From Chloroflexota bacterium (GTDB taxonomy: Bacteria > Chloroflexota > UBA5177): a DNA stretch of 29,724 bases. Location of the stretch: the NCBI GenBank assembly GCA_051004335.1, contig JBPCKK010000084.1:1-29724 (forward strand). Reading direction: 5' to 3'. Each line of letters begins with the position of its first letter. Positions within the stretch are counted from its first letter, which is position 1. Shown here in pieces: positions 16,590 through 25,102 of the stretch. Position numbers and translations under genes: made by a program. Under the pieces are notes generated by a model that saw only the letters and a program-made list of their open reading frames with translations, ran no database searches and was not told the DNA's origin.

Positions 16590-17981
16590 ATGGCGGATAC
16601 CGCTGCTCTCGCCTACGCCCACAATGCCCACGATCGATTCCTGGATGAACTGAAGGAACTCCTGCGCATTCCCAGTATCAGCACCCTACCCGAGCATCGG
16701 CCCGATATGGAACGCGCCGCCGGCTGGCTTCGCGACCGTCTCAATGCTATCGGTATCCAGGCGGAGGTTATTCCGGGGGACGGGTATCCCTTGGTCTACG
16801 GCGAGTGGCTGAAGGCGCCCGGCGCGCCCACGATCCTCGTCTATGGGCACTATGATGTGCAACCGGTCGACCCAATCGATCTCTGGACTTCCCCACCATT
16901 CGATCCCATTGTCCGCGACGGCAATATCTACGCGCGTGGTGCAGCGGATGACAAGGGCCAGACCATGACCCTTATCGACGCCGCTGAGAGCTTGCTGCAC
17001 GCCGAGGGATCCTTGCCGGTCAATCTCAAGTTCCTTATTGAGGGGCAGGAGGAAGCCGGCGGCGCTGTCGTCACGGCGTACGTTCGTGAGCACGGCGATC
17101 GGCTGCGCGCCGATGTGGCTCTGGTCGCCGACACGGGCATGTTTGCCCCCGGTATTCCCACGCTCGATACCGGTTTGCGTGGCAATGTCTACACGGAGGT
17201 GTTTGCCCGCGGGGCGGCGCAGGATCTCCACTCCGGCCTGTATGGCGGCGTGGCGCCCAATCCGCTCAATGCGCTTGCCCACATTATTGCCGGCCTGAAG
17301 GACACGGAGGGCCGCATTACTATTCCTGGGTTTTATGACGATGTTCGCCTGCCCGGTGAGGAGATTCGTGCCTCCTGGCACGATCTTCCCTTTGATGAGG
17401 ATCGCTTCCGGCGGGAGGAGATTGGCGCAAGCGCTCTGGTCGGCGAACCCGGCTTCACTTCGGTGGAACGGATGTGGTCTCGACCCACGCTCGATGTGCA
17501 CGGCATTGCCGGTGGCTTTGTTGGCGCCGGCGCCAAAACGGTGATCCCGAGCGTGGCCAGCGCCAAAATCAGCATGCGCATCGTCCCCGATCAGCGCGCC
17601 GAGGGTATCTTCGACCTCTTCCGCCGGCGGGTGGAGCAGCTCACGCCACCAGGAATCGGAATTAACGTGGTGTTGCACCATGGAGGCGAACCGGTGCTGG
17701 TGCCGATCGACAGTCCGTACATGCGCGCCGCGCAACAAGCCCTGGCCGAAATTTTTGATCATCCCGCCGTGCTCGCCCGCTCCGGTGGCTCGATTCCAAT
17801 TGTCGGACTCTTCAAGGAAGCGCTAGGATTGGATTCCGTACTCATGGGGTGGGGCCTGCCGGACGACAATCTGCATGCCCCCAATGAGAAACTCTCGCTG
17901 ACCAATTTCTATGCGGGGATCGATGCCGTCATCCGCTTCTGGCAACTCCTGGGCACTGCCCGCGAAACCTTGCCGCGATAA
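16590..17981 (+). CDS. M20 family dipeptidase (ArgE/DapE-like)
   Basis: YGHYDVQP, ARGAADDKGQ, EGQEE, DLHSGLYGG, GGSIP and HAPNEK metal-binding motifs. GGAGGA SD before ATG 16590. Confidence 0.93.
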   Translation: MADTAALAYAHNAHDRFLDELKELLRIPSISTLPEHRPDMERAAGWLRDRLNAIGIQAEVIPGDGYPLVYGEWLKAPGAPTILVYGHYDVQPVDPIDLWTSPPFDPIVRDGNIYARGAADDKGQTMTLIDAAESLLHAEGSLPVNLKFLIEGQEEAGGAVVTAYVREHGDRLRADVALVADTGMFAPGIPTLDTGLRGNVYTEVFARGAAQDLHSGLYGGVAPNPLNALAHIIAGLKDTEGRITIPGFYDDVRLPGEEIRASWHDLPFDEDRFRREEIGASALVGEPGFTSVERMWSRPTLDVHGIAGGFVGAGAKTVIPSVASAKISMRIVPDQRAEGIFDLFRRRVEQLTPPGIGINVVLHHGGEPVLVPIDSPYMRAAQQALAEIFDHPAVLARSGGSIPIVGLFKEALGLDSVLMGWGLPDDNLHAPNEKLSLTNFYAGIDAVIRFWQLLGTARETLPR

Positions 17982-17997
17982 ACGCTCCAAATTCTCT

Positions 17998-19272
17998 TTG
18001 AATCGCCTGATCTTGGTAGTTCTCGGCGCCATTGTGGTTCTCTCCGCGGTTACCATTGCCCGCGTAACCCGCGCATCTCCGCCGCCCGTCGGTGTGGGCT
18101 ATTGGCACACCGCGGGGACGCGCATTCTGGATGAGAACGGTCATCAGGTGCGTATTGCCGGCATCTCCTGGTACGGCATGGAAACGTCGTACTGGGTGCC
18201 TGCCGGCCTCGATTTTCAGTCGTATACCTCCATCATGGACCGCGTGCGTGCCCTGGGCTATAACTCAATTCGGCTCCCGCTCTCCAACGAACTCATCGAG
18301 ACCAATCCAGTGGTGACCGACCACGTGCGCGCGAACCCACAATTCCGCGGTTTGCATGCGCTGCAGGTTCTGGACGCCATCGTGCTCTATGCCCAGCGCA
18401 TTGGCGTGAAGCTCATCTTTGATGATCACATCTCCACGGCCACCCGTCCCAAGCAGGTCAATTATCTGCTGGAGCCACTGTGGTACACGGCGAATTATCC
18501 GGAGACCGCCTGGATCCATGATTGGGTGACGCTGGCCCAACGCTACCGGGGAAACACCGCGGTGATCGGCTTTGATCTGCGCAATGAGCCTCACACCAAT
18601 GGTCCAGGAGCGTGGGATCTGGAAGGATATCTCAATCGCGGGGCCACCTGGGGACCATACCAGGGCGCGAATAATCCGTCCACCGATTGGCGCCTGGCGG
18701 CCGAGACCGCCGGCAATGCCATCCTCGCGGTGAATCCGCATCTTCTGATCTTTGTCGACGGGATCCAGCTCTATCCTGATCCGACAGCGCCGGGCGGGGC
18801 TGTAGCCTATTGGTGGGGCAGCAATTTAGCGCCGGTTGCGCGCTATCCGGTTGTTCTCCGGGTTTCCCACCAGCTGGTCTACTCACCGCACGACTGGGGC
18901 CCGTGGAAGTGGGAAATGCGCTGGTTTCGCCAGATGACCTACGATTCTCTGCAGCGCGTGTGGCACGCCAAGTGGTCGTACCTGCTTGATGACCCCAACG
19001 CGTCGTATGCCGCGCCGATTTGGATCGGCGAGTTCGGCACCTGCACCAGCAACCCGCAATGCGTCGATGACCAGCGTCCGGGCAATCAGGCTACCTGGTT
19101 TCACTTGCTCCTGCGCTATCTCCGCGACCACCCAGAGATCGGCTGGACGTTTTGGGCGCTCAACGGGACCAATGCCAATGACCACGCCGCCAACAATGGG
19201 TTGCTCAATCCACAGTGGAATGGTCTGGCGAACGGCGCCCTACAGAACGACCTCACGAAGATCCAGAATTAA
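17998..19272 (+). CDS. Secreted glycoside hydrolase family 5 (endoglucanase E1-like), no CBM
   Basis: Signal peptide from TTG 17998. GYWHTAGTRILD...RIAGISWYGMET, acid/base DLRNEPH, YSPHDWG and nucleophile WIGEFG. Confidence 0.9.
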   Translation: MNRLILVVLGAIVVLSAVTIARVTRASPPPVGVGYWHTAGTRILDENGHQVRIAGISWYGMETSYWVPAGLDFQSYTSIMDRVRALGYNSIRLPLSNELIETNPVVTDHVRANPQFRGLHALQVLDAIVLYAQRIGVKLIFDDHISTATRPKQVNYLLEPLWYTANYPETAWIHDWVTLAQRYRGNTAVIGFDLRNEPHTNGPGAWDLEGYLNRGATWGPYQGANNPSTDWRLAAETAGNAILAVNPHLLIFVDGIQLYPDPTAPGGAVAYWWGSNLAPVARYPVVLRVSHQLVYSPHDWGPWKWEMRWFRQMTYDSLQRVWHAKWSYLLDDPNASYAAPIWIGEFGTCTSNPQCVDDQRPGNQATWFHLLLRYLRDHPEIGWTFWALNGTNANDHAANNGLLNPQWNGLANGALQNDLTKIQN

Positions 19273-20498
19273 AAGTCAGTCTGGCAACTGGGCGCCCGCT
19301 CTCCAGCGAAGAGCAGATCAGCCCGTGCCAGGGCGCCGGCGGTACATTCGTGCACCCGTCCGGCACGAGCAAGTGAGCTAAAGGTGGTTCCTCCCAAATA
19401 GGAGGCGCCCAAATCGGCAACCTCAAGTTGAAGATCGGGCTCTTTTGTTGTCCGCCGGCAGCCGGCCCCGTCCGCACTTGCCTCCAGCTCATAGGAGCCG
19501 TTGTTGTCCGGGCGGAAACGGTCGTGGACTTCGAGCACCAACCGGCCCTCGCTGGCGTAGTTTCTGCCGCGCAGGGTGGCGCAAATGTCCATGGGGCGCA
19601 CCCAGAGGCCATCATGGTAGCGGATGACGCGCAGCCTGCGTGAATCGGCCAGCATCCAGCGCAGCGGTTCGTCAACCGGGCACCGCGCGTCGATGTGGTG
19701 AATCAGGTCGATCTGCAGCACAAATGCCCAGAGGGCGGCGCGTGCGCTGGGGGTGCAGCTTACCAATTCCATCACCCGCAGCTCGCCGTTCGGCACTCCG
19801 TTGGTCCACTCATTCTTGATGCGATAGGCGATGTAGCCGTCCATCTTGCCCTTATCATTGCGATATACCGCGAAGAAACGGGGCCCTGCTCCGTCCCACC
19901 AGCGTTCGGGGTCGCGTTGCAGAGAGTAGTCCCAATACGCATCGGACCGGGTTATGGCTCCCGGCTGGAGGATGCGCGCCTTCTCATAGATCGCCGGCAG
20001 TATGGCCGCTGCCTCTTCGCGGGTGAACATTTCCACCTGTCCGCCGTGCTGGGGCGAAAAGGCATATTTGGCCGCTGCGCTATCCAGCGTGAAGCGCATC
20101 TCCGTGGTGGCCGTGCCGTAGCCATAGCGGCCGTAGATGATGCTTTCCGAGGCCCAGAGGATGGCCACCGCTTCTTCCCGCTCCTGGACGTCATCGAGGA
20201 TGCGCGTCATCATGCTGTTCAGGATGCCGCGGCGTCGATGAGTGGGCTGGACGGTGATCCAACTGACTCCGCCGGCCGGTATCTGCCGGTGGCCGGGGAC
20301 GGTGAGTTGAAAGGTGAAGGTCTCGCCGGTGCCCACGATCCGATCTCCATCGAAGGCGGCAATACTCCGCTCGAAGTTGAAAAGGGGACGTTCCTCCTCA
20401 AGCTCCTCGTCTTTGGCATGCTCGCCGAAGCCGGCGACCGCCGAACGGCTAAACGCTAGGAATTCATCGGGAATGATTGGGCGAAGGTCAAAATCCAT
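19269..20498 (-). CDS. Eis-like GNAT acetyltransferase (two GNAT folds plus SCP2-like domain)
   Basis: Start moved to ATG 20498 (MDFDLRPI). Contains ITVQPTHRRRGI, LWASESIIYGRYGYG, DEPLRWMLAD, DGLWVR, LGASYLGG and a terminal ...QTDF. Confidence 0.88.
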   Translation of the reverse strand: MDFDLRPIIPDEFLAFSRSAVAGFGEHAKDEELEEERPLFNFERSIAAFDGDRIVGTGETFTFQLTVPGHRQIPAGGVSWITVQPTHRRRGILNSMMTRILDDVQEREEAVAILWASESIIYGRYGYGTATTEMRFTLDSAAAKYAFSPQHGGQVEMFTREEAAAILPAIYEKARILQPGAITRSDAYWDYSLQRDPERWWDGAGPRFFAVYRNDKGKMDGYIAYRIKNEWTNGVPNGELRVMELVSCTPSARAALWAFVLQIDLIHHIDARCPVDEPLRWMLADSRRLRVIRYHDGLWVRPMDICATLRGRNYASEGRLVLEVHDRFRPDNNGSYELEASADGAGCRRTTKEPDLQLEVADLGASYLGGTTFSSLARAGRVHECTAGALARADLLFAGERAPSCQTDF

Positions 20499-20509
20499 AA
20501 CTGCGCATT

Positions 20510-21088
20510 CTACTCGTTCGGTGTGACCGCTTCGGGTTTGTCCTCCCTGATCGAGCGCAGACGCCAGAAGACGATGATGATGGCGCACAGCAGCAACGCA
20601 AAGGAAATGATTTTGAGCGTGTGCGAGTGGTGAAACTTGCCAAAGAGGGCCAGCACAGTGGCCCCGCCGAACCAGCCCAACAGCAGTAACGCGCCGGACC
20701 ATACCATCGCGGCCGGCATCAGTCCCCAGAGGAAGCGTCGAAACGGCATCCCCGCGCTGGAGGCGGCGAAGACCGTGGCGTTGCGCAATCCGGGAACGAG
20801 TCGAGCAACGGCCACTCCCCAGATGCCGTGTTGCCGGATCAACTCCTGCGCCCGGCGGGGAAGCACGCGATTCAACGCTTGCGCTCGCCCCACGCCATGG
20901 AACAGCACCGATGCGCCCAGTGTCATGCCGATGCTGGCCACAATCCAGGCAATGGACAAACGCACGGGGTGCTGTGCCTCGTGGATACCGGCGGCGACCA
21001 GCGATATGTTGCCGGGAAGCAGGAAAAGCCCGGCTTCCTCCAAGGTGAGGAGCGCACCGAGCCCCAGGTAGAACAGCAAGGGCGCCAT
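20510..21088 (-). CDS. DedA family membrane protein
   Basis: LEEAGLFLLPG and VAVARLVPGLRN motifs. Start ATG 21088, 8 bp after the upstream stop. Confidence 0.85.
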   Translation of the reverse strand: MAPLLFYLGLGALLTLEEAGLFLLPGNISLVAAGIHEAQHPVRLSIAWIVASIGMTLGASVLFHGVGRAQALNRVLPRRAQELIRQHGIWGVAVARLVPGLRNATVFAASSAGMPFRRFLWGLMPAAMVWSGALLLLGWFGGATVLALFGKFHHSHTLKIISFALLLCAIIIVFWRLRSIREDKPEAVTPNE

Positions 21089-21096
21089 GGCGGAGG

Positions 21097-21711
21097 TTAG
21101 CTTTTCAGGCCGTGGCCAGGGCTCTTGGTCACGCGATACACGTGGACGATGCGCTGTGCCACCGTGTAGTAGGTGGATAGGCACAGGACGACCAGAATGA
21201 TAGTCAACGCGGTCTCACGCGTTGCTGAGGCGAGGATCAAGCCGATAGCCAGGATGACAATACGTTCCGGCCGGGCCATCCAGCCCACTTCGCAGTCAAG
21301 ATTCAATACCTCGGCTCGAGCGCGCGCGTAGGATATCAGGACGGAACCGAGCACAACCGCATAGATAAGCCCGGCCTGTACATCGTCTCCCCGCACCAGC
21401 GCATGCCAGAGAAGGCCTAGACCCACGCTGGCTTCCGCCAAGCGGTCCAGCGTGGCATCAAGGAAATCGCCGAATTCGGAGGCGGCATCTTTCACGCGTG
21501 CCAGAGCTCCGTCGGCCATATCGAAAATCCCGGCAAAGAGCAGCAAAACACCGGCGACAAAGAGGTATCCGCCGCCAATAACCCAGGCGGTGAGGACGTT
21601 CAGTAACAGACCGATCACTGTAAGCGTGTTCGGCGAGATCCGGCTGCGAGCCACCGGTCCCATGAGACGCATGGAGATACGCCGTACTGTCGCCTCTAGC
21701 GGCGCAAACAT
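21097..21711 (-). CDS. CDP-alcohol phosphatidyltransferase, phosphatidylinositol-phosphate-synthase-like
   Basis: Signature DMADGALAR...GDFLDATLD, plus ISPNTLT, ISYARARAE and RPER motifs seen in PIPS/AIPS-type enzymes. Purine-rich SD before ATG 21711. Confidence 0.88.
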   Translation of the reverse strand: MFAPLEATVRRISMRLMGPVARSRISPNTLTVIGLLLNVLTAWVIGGGYLFVAGVLLLFAGIFDMADGALARVKDAASEFGDFLDATLDRLAEASVGLGLLWHALVRGDDVQAGLIYAVVLGSVLISYARARAEVLNLDCEVGWMARPERIVILAIGLILASATRETALTIILVVLCLSTYYTVAQRIVHVYRVTKSPGHGLKS

Positions 21712-21806
21712 TCTCTTCCCTTCTCTGTGCTCTTTCGAGCCTTGTGCATTATGACGTATTAGCGGGACGCTGTCGACAGGCACACAGCACCCTCACCTTC
21801 TGGACC

Positions 21807-22646
21807 TTAGCCCTGACCAAGAACAAGCTGTCGAACGGGCCGCGGCCACCGCTCTCTCCCCGGCCAGCGAGCGAGAGCCAATGAGCAGGATGTGGCAACC
21901 ACAACTACCACTACCCCTCCTGCCACATCGAGGAAATAATGATTGCCGGTAACCACCACCGCCAGCAGCATGAGTGGCGGATAGATGACGCCGATGGCGC
22001 GGATGGCCAACGGGCGCGCGAGGAAGACCAGGGACAATCCGGCGACCAGGGCCCAGGCAAAGTGGACGCTGGGCATGGCGGAGAACTCGTTATATCCCGC
22101 CTGACTCCCAACCAGATGCCCGCCGTTCGACAGGATGCCGAAGACAGTGTCATCAAAGGTGAACCGGTGATGATTGAACCACAAGTCGGTAGTAAGGCGC
22201 GGTGGCGCCACCGGGAAGTTCTCATAGACGATCAAGGCCAGCCCGTTGGTAAGGATAATGATGTTGCGCAGCAACGTAAAGTAGCGGTGGCGCCGGAAAT
22301 AGACCCAACAAGCAACCCCCAGCGTGAAAAAGACGTGGCCCAACACATAGATCGCGTTCATAATGTGCGCCATATCCAGCCAGGTAATGGTCAGGGCGAA
22401 GACGTGCCGCGTCTGTAGGAAGAACATCTGCCAGGCGGGTTCGTCCCAGAGATCGTGCGCTACTTCGAAGTTGACGAGCTGTCGCGCGTTCTCGATACCC
22501 TGCAGAGTGCCTCGTTGGGCAAAGAGTCCTCGCCCCAGGTCATCGCCCACTTCAAAAGAGATCGCCACCAATACCTGGAGGAAAAACGCCGGCCACGCCA
22601 CCAAGCGTGAGTTACGCCGTAACGCTCCGATCTCGATTGCGCACAT
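21807..22646 (-). CDS. PAP2 superfamily, AUR1/inositol-phosphorylceramide-synthase-like membrane protein
   Basis: FPVAPPRL, YNEFSAMPSVHFAW and TGNHYFLD catalytic motifs. GGAG SD 7 nt before ATG 22646; TTG 22604 is an alternative start. Confidence 0.85.
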   Translation of the reverse strand: MCAIEIGALRRNSRLVAWPAFFLQVLVAISFEVGDDLGRGLFAQRGTLQGIENARQLVNFEVAHDLWDEPAWQMFFLQTRHVFALTITWLDMAHIMNAIYVLGHVFFTLGVACWVYFRRHRYFTLLRNIIILTNGLALIVYENFPVAPPRLTTDLWFNHHRFTFDDTVFGILSNGGHLVGSQAGYNEFSAMPSVHFAWALVAGLSLVFLARPLAIRAIGVIYPPLMLLAVVVTGNHYFLDVAGGVVVVVVATSCSLALARWPGRERWPRPVRQLVLGQG

Positions 22647-23685
22647 CGTCCGTCTCCGTACCACTGGCCCATGCAGCCAACCGCTGCATCGTACCACCAT
22701 CGCGTGCCGAGCGATAGGCAGCGGTTATCGCGCTGACCAGGACTCCGGCCTCCGTGAAATTGCGGTCGGCTTCCGCTCGATTTGGGTCCAGCACATTGTA
22801 GCGGAACATCAACCGGAACCAATCCGGATGATAGGACGATTGGGTTAACCGGCCCGAGAAGGGCAGCTCACGGGAGCCGGCCCCACAGCGCACCACTATA
22901 CGATCGTCGTGGATATCGATTCTGCCCATCGTACCGATGATTTCGCCTGAATTGCCGCGCTGACCCGCCGTCCAGGAGAGGTCGATCTGTCCCCTCGCAT
23001 TCGGAAAACACAGATTGAGAGTCGCTTCATCTTCTACCGGCAGATTCCGTCGGTCGTTGGTCCGCATGTCCGCCCGTATGGCTTGCAACGGCGCCGCGGC
23101 CCAGCCAAGCAACAGGTAAAGCTGATGCCAACCATGGTCCAGCACGATTCCACCGCCGGCCTCAGCTAGATCTGTCCGCCAGTGCGGCGCCCAGCCTGTA
23201 TGGCCCAACGCGGCTCGCGTCCGCTCGGTGGAGAGCGCCAGGCGTTGCACCGTGCCAATTTCCCCGCTCCGCAGAACTGTCGCTACGTGTCGGTAGAGAT
23301 CAGAGTGCAGCCAGTTGTTCACGCTCACCACGCGGCTCCCACTTGCCTGACGAGCAGTAGACACTTGAATGTATTCCTCGTTGGTCAGCACAAACGGTTT
23401 TTCGCTAATGATGGACTCGATTCCGCGCACGCAGGCATCGACGATCAAATCGGCGTGGGTCCGAGGTGGCGAGCAAATGTCGAGGGTGTCAATGTCTGCA
23501 CCGGCAATCAGCTCCGTGGACATGCGATAGAGAGCAGCTTCGGGCAGCAGCTCAGCGGCGCGCGCCAAACGCTCCGCTGATGGATCCGCTACGGCAACTA
23601 CGTCGACCCCTTCAAAGGAGAGCAAAGCAGGGAGATGGCCGTGCTCAGCGATACTGCCGAACCCGACTAGACCAACGCGCCGCAC
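22612..23685 (-). CDS. Gfo/Idh/MocA family NAD(P)-dependent oxidoreductase
   Basis: Start moved to GTG 23685, 1 bp after the aminotransferase stop. Contains VGLVGFGSIA, ICSPPRTH, SEKPF and GGGIVLDHGWH. Confidence 0.9.
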   Translation of the reverse strand: MRRVGLVGFGSIAEHGHLPALLSFEGVDVVAVADPSAERLARAAELLPEAALYRMSTELIAGADIDTLDICSPPRTHADLIVDACVRGIESIISEKPFVLTNEEYIQVSTARQASGSRVVSVNNWLHSDLYRHVATVLRSGEIGTVQRLALSTERTRAALGHTGWAPHWRTDLAEAGGGIVLDHGWHQLYLLLGWAAAPLQAIRADMRTNDRRNLPVEDEATLNLCFPNARGQIDLSWTAGQRGNSGEIIGTMGRIDIHDDRIVVRCGAGSRELPFSGRLTQSSYHPDWFRLMFRYNVLDPNRAEADRNFTEAGVLVSAITAAYRSARDGGTMQRLAAWASGTETDDVRNRDRSVTA

Positions 23686-23686
23686 G

Positions 23687-25018
23687 TCAGACCGAACGCG
23701 CCAGCGCGACTTGAGCGCCCACCAGCACCTCTTCGATAATGTCGCAGCCCGCATCGGCCAGCTCTTTGGTAAGGACCAACGGCGGGTTGATGCGGAGCGA
23801 CGTGCCGGAGGGCATGACCAATAGACCTCGCTCGAGGAGCCGGAGGAAGATGCGCTGCATGTCGCTGCGCTCCAGTGGCCGGTGGGTCTCCGGGTGAACG
23901 AGCTCGATGCCGATGAGCAGTCCTTTGCCGCGAACGTCACCGACCATCGGTGATTGCTCGACCAATCGACGCAAACGACGCAGCATGTGCGCCCCTACCT
24001 CGGCGGCGTTCTCGCCCAAGCACTCGCGGCGCAGTGTCTCGACGGTGGCCAGCGCGGCGGCACAGGCCAGCGCGTTACCCCCGTAGCTGGAGGAGTTACC
24101 GCTGGGCTTGGCCCAGGGCTCGGCATGGGAAACCTCCTCCCGCGCGGCAATGCCGCTAATCGGGTAGCCGTTGCCAAACCCCTTACCCATGATCAGGATG
24201 TCCGGCAGGCAGTCCTCATCCATGAAGGCAAAGGCAGGACCGGTGCGATAAAAGCCGGTGATCATCTCATCGGCGATAAAGAGCGCGCCGATATCGTGGG
24301 CTACGTCCCGCAATAGGCGCAGGAAACCGGGCGGCGGCACAACGTTGCCACCGCGACCCTGAACCGGCTCAACAATGATGGCGGCAATATCCCGATTGGT
24401 GCCGTGCGCGATCATCTCCCGTAAGAAATCAATGGTTCGCTCGGCACAGTCGGGGCCGGCAAATGGGGAGTGTCGCGGATCGGCGTATGGCGCCAGGACA
24501 ACGCCGGGCGCCGATGCGCCGTAGCCCACCTGCTCGCCCTCGGAAAGAGACCGCGTACCCTCGGTCTTGCCGTGATACCCGCCCCAGAAACCCAGGACGG
24601 TGGACCGACCGGTGGCGCAGCGGGCCAGGCGCAACGCCGCCTCCACTGACTCGGCGCCGCCACTGTAGAACTGCATGCGGCTTAGTTCCGGCGGCAGGAT
24701 GCCGTGCAGAGCCCCGAGGAGTCCGATGCGCGCTTCGGAGGTGAAACCGCCGGCGGCGAGTTTTGCCGCCTGGCTGGCGACGGCTCGTGTCCAATCGGGG
24801 TTAGCATGGCCGATGCTGCAGACACCAATGCCCGCCATGAAGTCCAGGATGACGTTGCCATCCAGATCGAAGAGAACGCATCCCTCTCCGCGATCAATGC
24901 AAAGGCGAGCCCAGTGTGTGACGCTCTGCAGTCCGGGGGCGATCAGCCGGCGCTCGCGTTCGTATGCGGCGAGCGACTTGGGACCAGGAATGGGGGTAAC
25001 TACATGCGGAATAGGCAT
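23687..25018 (-). CDS. Class III PLP-dependent aminotransferase (GabT/ArgD-like fold)
   Basis: DLDGNVILDF, SGGAESVEAAL, IVEPVQGRGG, FIADEMITGFYRTG and PLP-lysine DILIMGKGFGNG. GGAG SD before ATG 25018; GTG 25078 is an alternative start. Confidence 0.92.
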   Translation of the reverse strand: MPIPHVVTPIPGPKSLAAYERERRLIAPGLQSVTHWARLCIDRGEGCVLFDLDGNVILDFMAGIGVCSIGHANPDWTRAVASQAAKLAAGGFTSEARIGLLGALHGILPPELSRMQFYSGGAESVEAALRLARCATGRSTVLGFWGGYHGKTEGTRSLSEGEQVGYGASAPGVVLAPYADPRHSPFAGPDCAERTIDFLREMIAHGTNRDIAAIIVEPVQGRGGNVVPPPGFLRLLRDVAHDIGALFIADEMITGFYRTGPAFAFMDEDCLPDILIMGKGFGNGYPISGIAAREEVSHAEPWAKPSGNSSSYGGNALACAAALATVETLRRECLGENAAEVGAHMLRRLRRLVEQSPMVGDVRGKGLLIGIELVHPETHRPLERSDMQRIFLRLLERGLLVMPSGTSLRINPPLVLTKELADAGCDIIEEVLVGAQVALARSV

Positions 25019-25102
25019 GGACTTGCTCCGAAAAAGGTGAGGATACCGTGCGTCGTCGTCGCTCCCGCGTCGAGGCACGCGCCAGCATAGCAGAAGAGGG
25101 GC

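Noticed and set aside
16686-17762. 358-aa minus-strand ORF
   Set aside because: Antisense shadow of the M20 dipeptidase with no recognisable motif.
19269-20498. Calling the Eis-like gene an acquired aminoglycoside-resistance determinant
   Set aside because: There is no mobile context, and Eis-like GNATs are widespread chromosomal genes. Resistance cannot be inferred from sequence.
23686-23940. Apparent N-terminal extension (or fusion) of the Gfo/Idh/MocA protein
   Set aside because: It overlaps the aminotransferase 3' end in another frame. The Rossmann motif starts right after GTG 23685. The same reasoning was used to trim the track ORFs for hddA, Eis, GT4, GAF, M20, GH5, DedA and the CDP-alcohol phosphatidyltransferase.
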